Source: a virus. From it: DNA of 64,000 nt. Shown here piece by piece: positions 56,187 to 64,000 of the stretch. The stretch spans positions 1-64,000 of IMG/VR virus record IMGVR_UViG_3300032304_002264; one strand, 5' to 3'. The notes beneath the pieces were generated by a model. That model had not been told where the DNA came from. It saw only the letters and a program-made list of their open reading frames with translations, and did not search any database. The translations under genes and the position numbers were made by a program. Positions within the stretch are counted from its first letter, which is position 1; every line of letters starts with the position of its first letter.

Positions 56187-56591
56187 CCAATCAATCTCGT
56201 CTAGAGAATATTTACACGTAAGCTCTTCCCCTATTTCGATTTTTTTTGCGGCATAATAAATATCCCGCTCTCTATCGTGGATTAAATTTGGCTCGTCGGA
56301 ATGGTTTACGAAATAAGCCGCGCCAATGTCGTTTATGTAGCAGTCTATCCAAAAGCCGTATTCATTATTGTTGCAGATTTTTTTAATATAGTTTATCACA
56401 TCACTTTCAACACTGAGAAGTTCGCTCCAACGCACAAAATGAGTGTCTTTGGGAGCGAAAACCACTTCGCCTTTATCAATTTCCGTGATAGCTTCGACAC
56501 CTACGCCAGCGCCGACAATAGAGCTGGGAATGAGTTTCACCAACGCACCACTGCGTATTTGGCTAATTAATTGATGTTTATTAAACAACAT
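56181..56591 (-). CDS. SET-domain protein lysine methyltransferase
   Basis: GAGVGVEA..I.KGEVV, YFVNHSDEPN, A.K.I.IGEELTCKY. Confidence 0.85.
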   Translation of the reverse strand: MLFNKHQLISQIRSGALVKLIPSSIVGAGVGVEAITEIDKGEVVFAPKDTHFVRWSELLSVESDVINYIKKICNNNEYGFWIDCYINDIGAAYFVNHSDEPNLIHDRERDIYYAAKKIEIGEELTCKYSLDEIDWV

Positions 56592-57228
56592 CTTTGGCTT
56601 CTTGGGGTTTTTCTGTAAATTCGGTCATGTAGCTATAGTCGGTAAATAGAGTCCGTTTATTTTCCACGCTATATACAGTCAAATCAATTTTATATCCAGG
56701 ATTTTTGTCAATGGGGCTATCTACCCACGCATTGTCGTGCCACACAATTCGGTTATTGGGATAAGCATAAAAGTTACCATTGTCCATTTTGAACACATGA
56801 GCGCATTTATGCTCTGATGTTTCAGAGAAATTAGTGTCCAAGATGCTTTTATTCTCCCAGCCCCAATCTAGCGTAAACATGTATTCTCCAGCCTCTTTAG
56901 TGTTTTGCGGTGTGATGAGCAAAGCTCTAAGCCCTTTCATGCGAGCGCGAAATTGAACGTCGATATATGGACTAAAGCAATCCCAATACATCGCATGTTC
57001 AAGCGGAACTGGATCGCACGGCTTCCAACAAAATGCCGTGATGGGTCTGCGCGTCCAATTAACCCCATTTGTTAAAAACGCCTCAAATAAAGGAACCCTT
57101 TTTTCAATAGATGCCACGGAATGAACATCGCATGAAGTGTATTCGCCATGCCCCTTTTCATGATTAAAAAGATATTCGTTGCGCAATAAGCAGGTAATCG
57201 TGGGAATATTATGATTTAAGTATGGCAC
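56581..57228 (-). CDS. Hypothetical phage protein
   Basis: Start moved to GTG (VPYLNHNIP), 8 nt after a GTGTAA element; WDCFS, YMFTLDW, EHKCAH, YPNNRI. Confidence 0.65.
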   Translation of the reverse strand: MPYLNHNIPTITCLLRNEYLFNHEKGHGEYTSCDVHSVASIEKRVPLFEAFLTNGVNWTRRPITAFCWKPCDPVPLEHAMYWDCFSPYIDVQFRARMKGLRALLITPQNTKEAGEYMFTLDWGWENKSILDTNFSETSEHKCAHVFKMDNGNFYAYPNNRIVWHDNAWVDSPIDKNPGYKIDLTVYSVENKRTLFTDYSYMTEFTEKPQEAKDVV

Positions 57229-57236
57229 ATAATATC

Positions 57237-57242
57237 TTACAC
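57237..57242 (-). promoter_or_regulatory. GTGTAA element 8 nt before GTG 57228
   Basis: TTACAC on + strand. Confidence 0.6.
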
Positions 57243-57282
57243 TTTGGATGGAAAAATTCAACTATGTATTTAAAATCAGAAT

Positions 57283-57765
57283 ATGATTCAACTTTACAAG
57301 CCCAATTCAAAAAATAGTGGTTGCGCATTCTCCTTTCGTTTCGGAACGTCTGGCAAATTCAAAGAACCGTGTCTTTATGTCAATGCAATTATGCAGCATT
57401 CTTGGAACGAGAAAACCAAGAACGGTTCTTTTTCGGAGAATGTCAAAAACCCCGAAAAAACTGCAATCATTAAACTCAACGAGTTTGAAGTGGGAGGCAT
57501 CATCAATGCAATTGAAAACTACTGCGAATACAAAGCATTCCACAGCCACGAAACCAACAAGACCGCCATCTCTTTTAAACCATACGCGAAAAGCGATGGA
57601 TCTAAAGCGTTCTCATTTTCAATTACCAAAAACTCAGCTTTAAAATTCGGTATCGGTATCGAACCTGGGGAAGCTTATGCAATTCGAGAATTCTGTAAAA
57701 TGATTTTGCAGAAACTTTACGAAGCTCGCACAAACGCTCAAACACAAAATCGCAGCGATGACTAA
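57283..57765 (+). CDS. Possible Whirly/PC4-like ssDNA-binding protein
   Basis: LYK..., KLNEFEVGGII, AFH, FSFSITK, IGIEPGEAYAI pattern resembles the Whirly repeat. Confidence 0.4.
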   Translation: MIQLYKPNSKNSGCAFSFRFGTSGKFKEPCLYVNAIMQHSWNEKTKNGSFSENVKNPEKTAIIKLNEFEVGGIINAIENYCEYKAFHSHETNKTAISFKPYAKSDGSKAFSFSITKNSALKFGIGIEPGEAYAIREFCKMILQKLYEARTNAQTQNRSDD

Positions 57766-57784
57766 AAGTTAAATTATCAATAAA

Positions 57785-59680
57785 ATGGATTCTACTAGAA
57801 AAAAAAGAGTGCTTTGTCATTCAAATTTTTGCAAGGCTTTTACAGGCTTCGGCAAGCATAAAAAGAATATCTTGCGCTATCTGTTTAATACGGGTAAGTA
57901 TGAAGTCTTTGAACTTGCCAATGGGCTAATGAGAAGCTGTCCAGAGGCGAGCAGCACTCCATGGACTACCTACGGCTCTTTGCCTGATGTTCAAAAGATG
58001 GCGGAAATTAATCAAGATCAACATCAGCAGCGCCAAGCTGCATATGGAGCTTTTGGTATAGACGATGTTATCAATACTGTGCGCCCTGATGTCTATATCG
58101 GTATCGAGGATATTTGGGCATTTGATGGTTTTTATGAAAAGCCTTGGTGGAATAGAGTGAATTCAATGATTTGGACTACGCTTGATAGCTTGCCTATTCT
58201 GCAATCAGCTATTGATGCCGCGCCGAAAATCAAACATTATTATGTGTGGTCTTCTTTTGCGGAAAAAGCGTTCCAAAAAATGGGCTACAATCATATCAAG
58301 ACTCTGCACGGAAGCTTAGACGTTAATCAATTCTATCGGATGGACGATCATAGACGCGCAGCATTGCGCCAGAAGTTTAATCTTTCCGACGAGTTTATCG
58401 TAGGCTTTGTGTTTAGAAACCAACTGAGAAAAAGCGTTCCCAATTTGCTGGAAGGTTTTAAAATTTTTAAACAGCAAGTCCCAAATGCCAAACTTTTGCT
58501 TCACACTCACTGGTCGGAAGGGTGGGATATCCCAACGCTTCTACAAGAAAAAAATATTGATAGCAAAGACGTTCTAACTACTTACTTTTGTCATCAATGC
58601 AAAAGTTATTTTGTTTCTCCATTTATCGGTCAAGATCGCGACTGCCCTTCGTGCGGCGGCAAAAAAACAGTAAGCACTACGAATATCAGCAACGGAGCCA
58701 GCGAAAGCCAATTGAATGAAATCTACAACCTCATGGATGTATATTGCCACCCATTCACAAGTGGTGGTCAAGAAATTCCAATTCAAGAAGCGAAACTGGC
58801 AGAGCTGATTACTCTCGTCACCAACTATTCATGTGGCGAAGAATACTGCACGGAAGAAAGCGGCGGCTTGCCTCTTAATTGGGCGGAATACCGAGAGCCA
58901 GGAACTCAATTTATTAAAGCTTCTACCGATCCTAATCATATCGCCGAACAGTTACTTGCTGTTTATAATATGCCTTCGATTGAGAGAGCGGCAATCGGCA
59001 TCAAGGCTCGTCAGTTTGTAATAGACGAATGTTCGATTGAAGCAATCGGCCAAGAGCTTGAATCAATTATTGATTCTATGCCCGAAGTCGATTACGACTT
59101 CGACAATCCTCCTCCGCGATTCAATTCTGAATATCAGCCCGATTTCCAAGCGGATGAAAAAGACTTTATTATTTCTCTCCACAAAGAAATGCTGGGAGAA
59201 ACAATAGATGAAAATCACACTTCATTTAAAGTATGGAGAAGCAAATTGCAGCAAGAAATCAATCGAGAACAAATGCATCACCATTTTCGCCAAGTGTGTT
59301 TACAGCAACAGCATAAACCAATTGATTTTGAAAGCGTTTTGGAAAAAGACGACGAAGGCAGACGCATTTGCGTTTTGGTGCAAGGCGGAGAATCGGACGT
59401 TCTTTTATTGAACGGTCTGATGGAGAATCTGCACAAGCAATATCCGAATTACAATATTTATTTCGCTACGCGACAAGAATATTTTCCGTTGATTGAAGAC
59501 AATCCTTTTATTCACAAATGTATTTTATATTCTGAAATGCTAGAAAATTCATTTATTTTAGAGGGAGCGGGTGATCACAAGGGATACTTCGACATAGCCT
59601 TCATGCCGACCACTACAACTCAAAAAAATATTTGCTATATTCATGGTGGCAAAGATAAAATTCAATTCAATTTACAATGA
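57785..59680 (+). CDS. GT-B (GT4-like) glycosyltransferase with zinc ribbon and extra C-terminal domain
   Basis: TGFG, VFRNQLRKS, CHQC..CPSC, YNLMDVYCHPFTSGGQEIPIQEA. Confidence 0.8.
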   Translation: MDSTRKKRVLCHSNFCKAFTGFGKHKKNILRYLFNTGKYEVFELANGLMRSCPEASSTPWTTYGSLPDVQKMAEINQDQHQQRQAAYGAFGIDDVINTVRPDVYIGIEDIWAFDGFYEKPWWNRVNSMIWTTLDSLPILQSAIDAAPKIKHYYVWSSFAEKAFQKMGYNHIKTLHGSLDVNQFYRMDDHRRAALRQKFNLSDEFIVGFVFRNQLRKSVPNLLEGFKIFKQQVPNAKLLLHTHWSEGWDIPTLLQEKNIDSKDVLTTYFCHQCKSYFVSPFIGQDRDCPSCGGKKTVSTTNISNGASESQLNEIYNLMDVYCHPFTSGGQEIPIQEAKLAELITLVTNYSCGEEYCTEESGGLPLNWAEYREPGTQFIKASTDPNHIAEQLLAVYNMPSIERAAIGIKARQFVIDECSIEAIGQELESIIDSMPEVDYDFDNPPPRFNSEYQPDFQADEKDFIISLHKEMLGETIDENHTSFKVWRSKLQQEINREQMHHHFRQVCLQQQHKPIDFESVLEKDDEGRRICVLVQGGESDVLLLNGLMENLHKQYPNYNIYFATRQEYFPLIEDNPFIHKCILYSEMLENSFILEGAGDHKGYFDIAFMPTTTTQKNICYIHGGKDKIQFNLQ

Positions 59681-60846
59681 GTCACTTAGTAGAAGAGTAT
59701 GCCAAAAATCTTGGCGTAAAAATTGGCAAGCCTGTTTTGGCGGAGCATTTTTTTCCAGTCATCCCAGATAAGTATATCACCGTATCTGTAGAGTCTCAAA
59801 TTCAATCGAAACAATACAAATACTTTGATGTGGTTTTCGACAGCATTCGCTCGACGCTACAAAAGCAGTCAATCAAAATTATTCAAATCGGCTCGTCAAA
59901 ATCGCCAAAGCTTTCATCGGTTGATGAAATGATTTTTGATCTTGATTTCAAAAAACAAGCGTATATCGTTCAAAATAGCTTGTTGCATATTGGGTGCAAC
60001 GACGCTCTCATGCACTACGCGAGCTTTAACCAAGTTCCCGTTGTCGCATTGTTCGGAGATTCTTATGCCGCCTGTTGCGATGGATATTGGAGTTCTCCTG
60101 AAAATAAAACAAATATCGAAGCTCCTTGGAAAGTCAAGCCAAGCTTTAACGTCGTGGATCAACACGATTCAATCAACAAAATTCTACCCGAAGACATTGC
60201 CAACGCAATTATCAAAAAATTCGCGCCAGATAAATCTATTCCGCTTAAAACTCGTTTTATTGGAGATTTTTATCATCATCCTGTTTTCGAGTTGGTTCCA
60301 GACTTCTTCGAACAAATTCCAGGAATGTCGGAAAAGCATTGGTTTATGAGACTTGATTATCTCGATTCTCATTCATATGTTGAAACGTGGTGCGAATATT
60401 TGCCGTCGTTTTCATTCTTTGCTGATAAAATGATACCCCATCAATTCATTCAGAAAGTTCGCGGCAAGCTAAAGAGCATTTCTTTTTTCGTGGATGAGCA
60501 GAGTTCCATTTCTAATGATTATCTGAACTATATTGGCGGCTTAGGAATCGTCGTCAATTTGCTGGTGAAAGACAGCGCCACTCTTCCGAAGATTCGAGAC
60601 AAGTATTTTGATTTTAATGTGCAGGTTTATGTTAGTGCGGATAAGTCTATTTTAAAAGATAAAAAAATTAATTTTAATAAATCCTCATTTCACTCGAACA
60701 AAACAATCTTATCGCGTGGTAAAAAATACCCAAGCACCTATCACTGGAAAAAAGATAAAAATGTTGTTGACAAAAACCTCATCATAGAAGATAATGAGCT
60801 GCTGCTAAGCGAATTAAATCATTTTTATCTTTATGACACAAAATAA
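59677..60846 (+). CDS. GT9-like glycosyltransferase fold protein
   Basis: IIQIG, AYIVQNSLLHIGCND..MHYA..VPVVALFG, INKILPEDIA. Confidence 0.65.
   Translation: MSHLVEEYAKNLGVKIGKPVLAEHFFPVIPDKYITVSVESQIQSKQYKYFDVVFDSIRSTLQKQSIKIIQIGSSKSPKLSSVDEMIFDLDFKKQAYIVQNSLLHIGCNDALMHYASFNQVPVVALFGDSYAACCDGYWSSPENKTNIEAPWKVKPSFNVVDQHDSINKILPEDIANAIIKKFAPDKSIPLKTRFIGDFYHHPVFELVPDFFEQIPGMSEKHWFMRLDYLDSHSYVETWCEYLPSFSFFADKMIPHQFIQKVRGKLKSISFFVDEQSSISNDYLNYIGGLGIVVNLLVKDSATLPKIRDKYFDFNVQVYVSADKSILKDKKINFNKSSFHSNKTILSRGKKYPSTYHWKKDKNVVDKNLIIEDNELLLSELNHFYLYDTK
60767..60795 (+). promoter_or_regulatory. Sigma70-type promoter inside the upstream gene
   Basis: TTGACA-17-GATAAT ahead of ATG 60833. Confidence 0.5.
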
Positions 60847-61597
60847 AATTACAAGAGACCAAGACGGACTAATCAACGAAAAAGAATACAAGTTCACTTC
60901 AGAAGGATTTGTGGATTGGCGGGCGATGATTGATCCTCAGTTTTTGTATCCGAACAAAGATTACTTTGAACTGCGAAAGCAGCAGATGCCCGCTTCAATT
61001 GAAGGATTGGATGACAAGCAGCTATTGATTATGCTTGGCGGCATCAAAGAATTAGCTCGTCTTCGAGGCTTTACCAGCGTCAGCTATAAAGTCGATCATG
61101 TGTCTCCGAATTATGTTGTGGCGCACTGTTCAATTGATTGGCTGGGCAACTTTGAAACAAGCAATCAGCCCGTTCATTTTGAAGATATCGCAAACGCTAC
61201 AGAAGCAAATACAGACAGTTTCTGTTTAAAGTTTTTGGAAACTATCGCGTGTAATCGAGCGTTTGTGCGTTGCGTTCGCAACTTCCTCAACATTCATATT
61301 GTCGGGGCAGATGAAATCGACAAATCCAAAAACAAGGCGGTTGATATTTCTGAGTTGATTCAATCAACGGCGATTCCTATTACTCCTCAAGGAGCTTTAG
61401 AAAAAAATGTCAACGACAAGCTGAAAATCTTTTCGTTTGAAGACTTTAAGGCGTATCTCCGCAATATGTGGACTGTCGCTTCGGAAGCTAGCGATGAATC
61501 TACTCTAAGTCTTTTGGCAGATGCCAAGGATTGGAAGAGTTTCGCCGACGTTCCCGCGAAGACTGCTAGGGTTTTGATCAAAAAAATTAATGATTAA
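60833..61597 (+). CDS. Possible Rad52/Sak-like single-strand annealing protein
   Basis: VVAHCSI..FEDIANA..IACNRAFVRCVRNFLNI..DEI resembles the A..RA..RA.R..LGI helix of these proteins. Confidence 0.4.
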   Translation: MTQNKITRDQDGLINEKEYKFTSEGFVDWRAMIDPQFLYPNKDYFELRKQQMPASIEGLDDKQLLIMLGGIKELARLRGFTSVSYKVDHVSPNYVVAHCSIDWLGNFETSNQPVHFEDIANATEANTDSFCLKFLETIACNRAFVRCVRNFLNIHIVGADEIDKSKNKAVDISELIQSTAIPITPQGALEKNVNDKLKIFSFEDFKAYLRNMWTVASEASDESTLSLLADAKDWKSFADVPAKTARVLIKKIND

Positions 61598-62045
61598 ACG
61601 GATTTCCAATCCCGCAGAGTTCGAAAAGCTTATCGACGACATGTATGAGCTTTTCGAACAGCATGATTCTCATGAAGGACACGCCTTGTTAGCTCATAGT
61701 CCAGAGACTATCAAGGCGAACTTCGCACATCCATCTATTTTGGCGTGGGACTTTTTGGTGTGGGGCAATTATACAAACGGAAAATTCGACGCTATGATCG
61801 CTTTTCAAAAAGTTAGATGCCCGAAATTTAATCAACAAATAATTCACGAATTCCTCTGGTTGTCCAAGAATCCTGCGGCGGGATATAAACTGTTTAAGGC
61901 GGCGATTGCCGCTGCTAGAAAAATGGGTTGCAAATACATCTCAATGTCCACAGTTGTCAACAATCCTTCTCATGAAAAATTAAAATCATTCTACAAAAAA
62001 ATGGGATTCCTTAAAGATTCCGAAACATACATTAGTAAATTATGA
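61590..62045 (+). CDS. GNAT-fold acetyltransferase
   Basis: GYKLFKAAIAAARKMGCKYI and LKSFYKKMGF motifs. Confidence 0.7.
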   Translation: MIKRISNPAEFEKLIDDMYELFEQHDSHEGHALLAHSPETIKANFAHPSILAWDFLVWGNYTNGKFDAMIAFQKVRCPKFNQQIIHEFLWLSKNPAAGYKLFKAAIAAARKMGCKYISMSTVVNNPSHEKLKSFYKKMGFLKDSETYISKL

Positions 62046-62200
62046 ATAATAAAAAAGCAAAAAAACTGAGAAAAATACTCAGCCCCGAAAACCCGATTTC
62101 TAAACGAGCATATCGTAGAGCCAAGAGAATCTACTCTCGCCTTCCAGAAGAGAGCAAGGTGGACTTCTTGATGGGATTAGAAGCGATGGTCGCGAATTAG
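62042..62200 (+). CDS. Small basic protein, 52 aa (not in the ORF track)
   Basis: ATGA overlap with the GNAT stop; MNNKKAKKLRKILSPENPISKRAYRRAKRIYSRLPEESKVDFLMGLEAMVAN. Confidence 0.6.
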   Translation: MNNKKAKKLRKILSPENPISKRAYRRAKRIYSRLPEESKVDFLMGLEAMVAN

Positions 62201-63999
62201 ATCATAGTAGCTTGCAACTTGTATGAGTAGTCGGCGTAGCCGCTTCCACTTGCAAATAAGCCGCACTGCCCGCTTGAAAAACCCGTAAGTCGATACTGTG
62301 TAGTGGTATCGTTTACGGATTCTTTTGTTAAATCGAAACCCGTTGTATTGACAACGCCTTTCAACTCGGAAAGTCTTCTTTGTCCGCTGCCAGAGACTTC
62401 TATAAAATATTTTACTGAAGTGAATTGTCCAGATGAGAACTGGTGCAATATGCCTGTGTTGCTTAAAAATCTTCCTGTTTTATAGACAGTCTGACCAAAA
62501 GAGTTGCCATCGTATAAATTTAAGGCGCTAGAATTAGTTTCGGAGAAAACAATAATGTTTTCGACAGTAACAAACGTAGCAGGTCCAAACGTGAATGAGC
62601 TTCCAGAGCCTAGCGTTCCGTAGGGAACGACCGTGAAGTAGTGTGGAACGTCTTGAGCCAACGTCCCCCTGTTGATTGTGAGGGAGCGAGCGTTTACAAC
62701 GTCTGCTGCGCTTTGAGAGAACAAGTAGCCTTCTTGAGCGAATGGATTTAAATAGGTTAATTCGTTCACTGCTGAACCGCTGCCAGTCAAAGCGTAAACA
62801 TCATACCGATCCATTTGTGTGAAGTTCAAATCGTTCTGCAATACAATCTCGGCGTTAATCAACTCTGTGGCTTGCGCCGCTCCAGAGAATTCTGTATAAT
62901 CTGGCACAATGTCCAAAATATTCGGCACGTTGCCATAGACATAAAACTCTCCCGTAAAAATAGAACCATCGAAAGTATTTGGCAGCTTGCACCTTACTCC
63001 GAAGTCTTTTTGGTAAGATCCAAAAACATTTTCATTATCTAAAGCTGAAAAGGCTAGCGAGCGAGAGTATTTTCCAGTGAAGAAGTTTTCGGAAGCAGTC
63101 GTTCCATTTGCATTTAAAATATCGAATACGCATCCGCTAATTAGGGGGTTTTCTAAAAATTGTTGATTAGAAGAAACCGCGTTAAGCTGTTGATCTAAAA
63201 TGTCAAAGAAAAGTGTGACATCTTTTTTCAAATGAACGCCGCTTCCTATGAATACTTGATTTAAGTTACCAGTGTCAACATTAAAGACGGGGTAAATTTC
63301 AAACAATGGAACTGATAGTCCCGTAGGATAGTTTAAATAAAAATTTGATGGCGCTGTCGTCTGGAAATTATTTATGTTAAAATTTGTGGCAGTGTCGTTG
63401 GTGAGTTCAGTATACAGTCTAATGCTTAATTCGTAAGGCGTTTCAGAGACATTAGTATAACTGTAACCGCTTTCGAACGAAGAAGATTCGCTATCGTCTA
63501 TGCCACCCACAAATACATTATCAATCTGAAGATTCGATATATTATATCCGTCACCTGCAACTACGGTAGTTATGACATAATCGAATGTAACGCTTTCTTC
63601 TGGCAGAAGCGTTACGAAAGTCTCGACTGATAACTCCTGCTCTTCCAATCCATAATAAGAAGGCGCTCCTTGAATTATGCTTATCTCAAATCCATCATTG
63701 GTTATACTTACTGGGTCTTCCTCTTCATCAGATCCAGGACCATAAAATATTGACCAATCCAGCTTCGGCCTCGAATTAATAGAAATCGCACCCCCCCATC
63801 CAGGCGTATTATACTTAATCAATGTAGAACCGCTAATCTGATATAAATCAATTTCAGAGGTGATTAAGCCGCTCTCAACGCTAGGACCAACAAAGGAAAG
63901 TTCATTAATTCCAGTGTTTAACAAAAGATCGCTAAAATAATATGTCGGCAAAGGAACTCCCCCAGTAATCGGGAAAGCCAATGAATTGTTGTTTGATCC
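62197..63999 (-). CDS. C-terminal part of a large tail-tip/structural protein (5' truncated)
   Basis: Frame open to the window edge; SG/TG-rich; YFTVVPYGTLGSG resembles an FN3-type motif of tail-tip proteins. Confidence 0.6.
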   Translation of the reverse strand, partial: GSNNNSLAFPITGGVPLPTYYFSDLLLNTGINELSFVGPSVESGLITSEIDLYQISGSTLIKYNTPGWGGAISINSRPKLDWSIFYGPGSDEEEDPVSITNDGFEISIIQGAPSYYGLEEQELSVETFVTLLPEESVTFDYVITTVVAGDGYNISNLQIDNVFVGGIDDSESSSFESGYSYTNVSETPYELSIRLYTELTNDTATNFNINNFQTTAPSNFYLNYPTGLSVPLFEIYPVFNVDTGNLNQVFIGSGVHLKKDVTLFFDILDQQLNAVSSNQQFLENPLISGCVFDILNANGTTASENFFTGKYSRSLAFSALDNENVFGSYQKDFGVRCKLPNTFDGSIFTGEFYVYGNVPNILDIVPDYTEFSGAAQATELINAEIVLQNDLNFTQMDRYDVYALTGSGSAVNELTYLNPFAQEGYLFSQSAADVVNARSLTINRGTLAQDVPHYFTVVPYGTLGSGSSFTFGPATFVTVENIIVFSETNSSALNLYDGNSFGQTVYKTGRFLSNTGILHQFSSGQFTSVKYFIEVSGSGQRRLSELKGVVNTTGFDLTKESVNDTTTQYRLTGFSSGQCGLFASGSGYADYSYKLQATMI

Positions 64000-64000
64000 A

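Noticed and set aside
4840-57265. Universal -35-like partner (TTCTC, 15 nt upstream) for GTGTAA
   Set aside because: Seen at only about four sites (1734, ~6573, 38935, 49301), so not claimed as consensus.
1-64000. Stop-codon reassignment
   Set aside because: TAA, TAG and TGA all end well-supported genes, and conserved genes are uninterrupted in the standard code.

Overview
This 64 kb window is part of a large, AT-rich, tailed dsDNA bacteriophage genome (siphovirus-like, standard genetic code). I saw no tRNA, rRNA, CRISPR array or integrase. Layout: 1-22.6 kb is the virion module (probable portal C-terminus, protease-scaffold, decoration protein, major capsid, an inverted neck/tail-tube block, tail chaperones, a 3035-aa tape measure protein and tail proteins). 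22.6-32.6 kb holds SSB, a sigma factor, dNMP kinase, dUTPase, a class Id-type ribonucleotide reductase and free-standing homing endonucleases. 32.6-39 kb is a glycosyl-/methyltransferase plus gmd island. 39.8-49.3 kb is the replication module (RecA, DnaB, primase, nucleases, a DnaE split into PHP, exonuclease and polymerase genes). 49.3-64 kb contains a Clp ATPase, a pseudokinase, a tail fibre, a SET-domain protein, more glycosyltransferases, a GNAT and a partial tail-tip protein. Best candidates for new biology: (1) the tape measure protein carries unrelated enzyme-like cassettes (two PD-(D/E)xK-like, one kinase-like) bounded by a repeated (A/S)xG(F/Y/L)(I/V/L)PN(F/Y) linker, suggesting a modular, possibly cleaved, injected-effector system; (2) Ser-Gly/Thr-Gly enrichment in surface virion proteins alongside about seven glycosyltransferases, suggesting sequon-directed virion glycosylation; (3) a GTGTAA element usually 8-9 nt before start codons, suggesting a phage-sigma leaderless regulon that three homing endonuclease genes also carry; (4) a GIY-YIG insertion that appears to have replaced the 3' end of its target gene and left the old end orphaned. 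All family assignments come from motif recognition by eye; no database searches were run.
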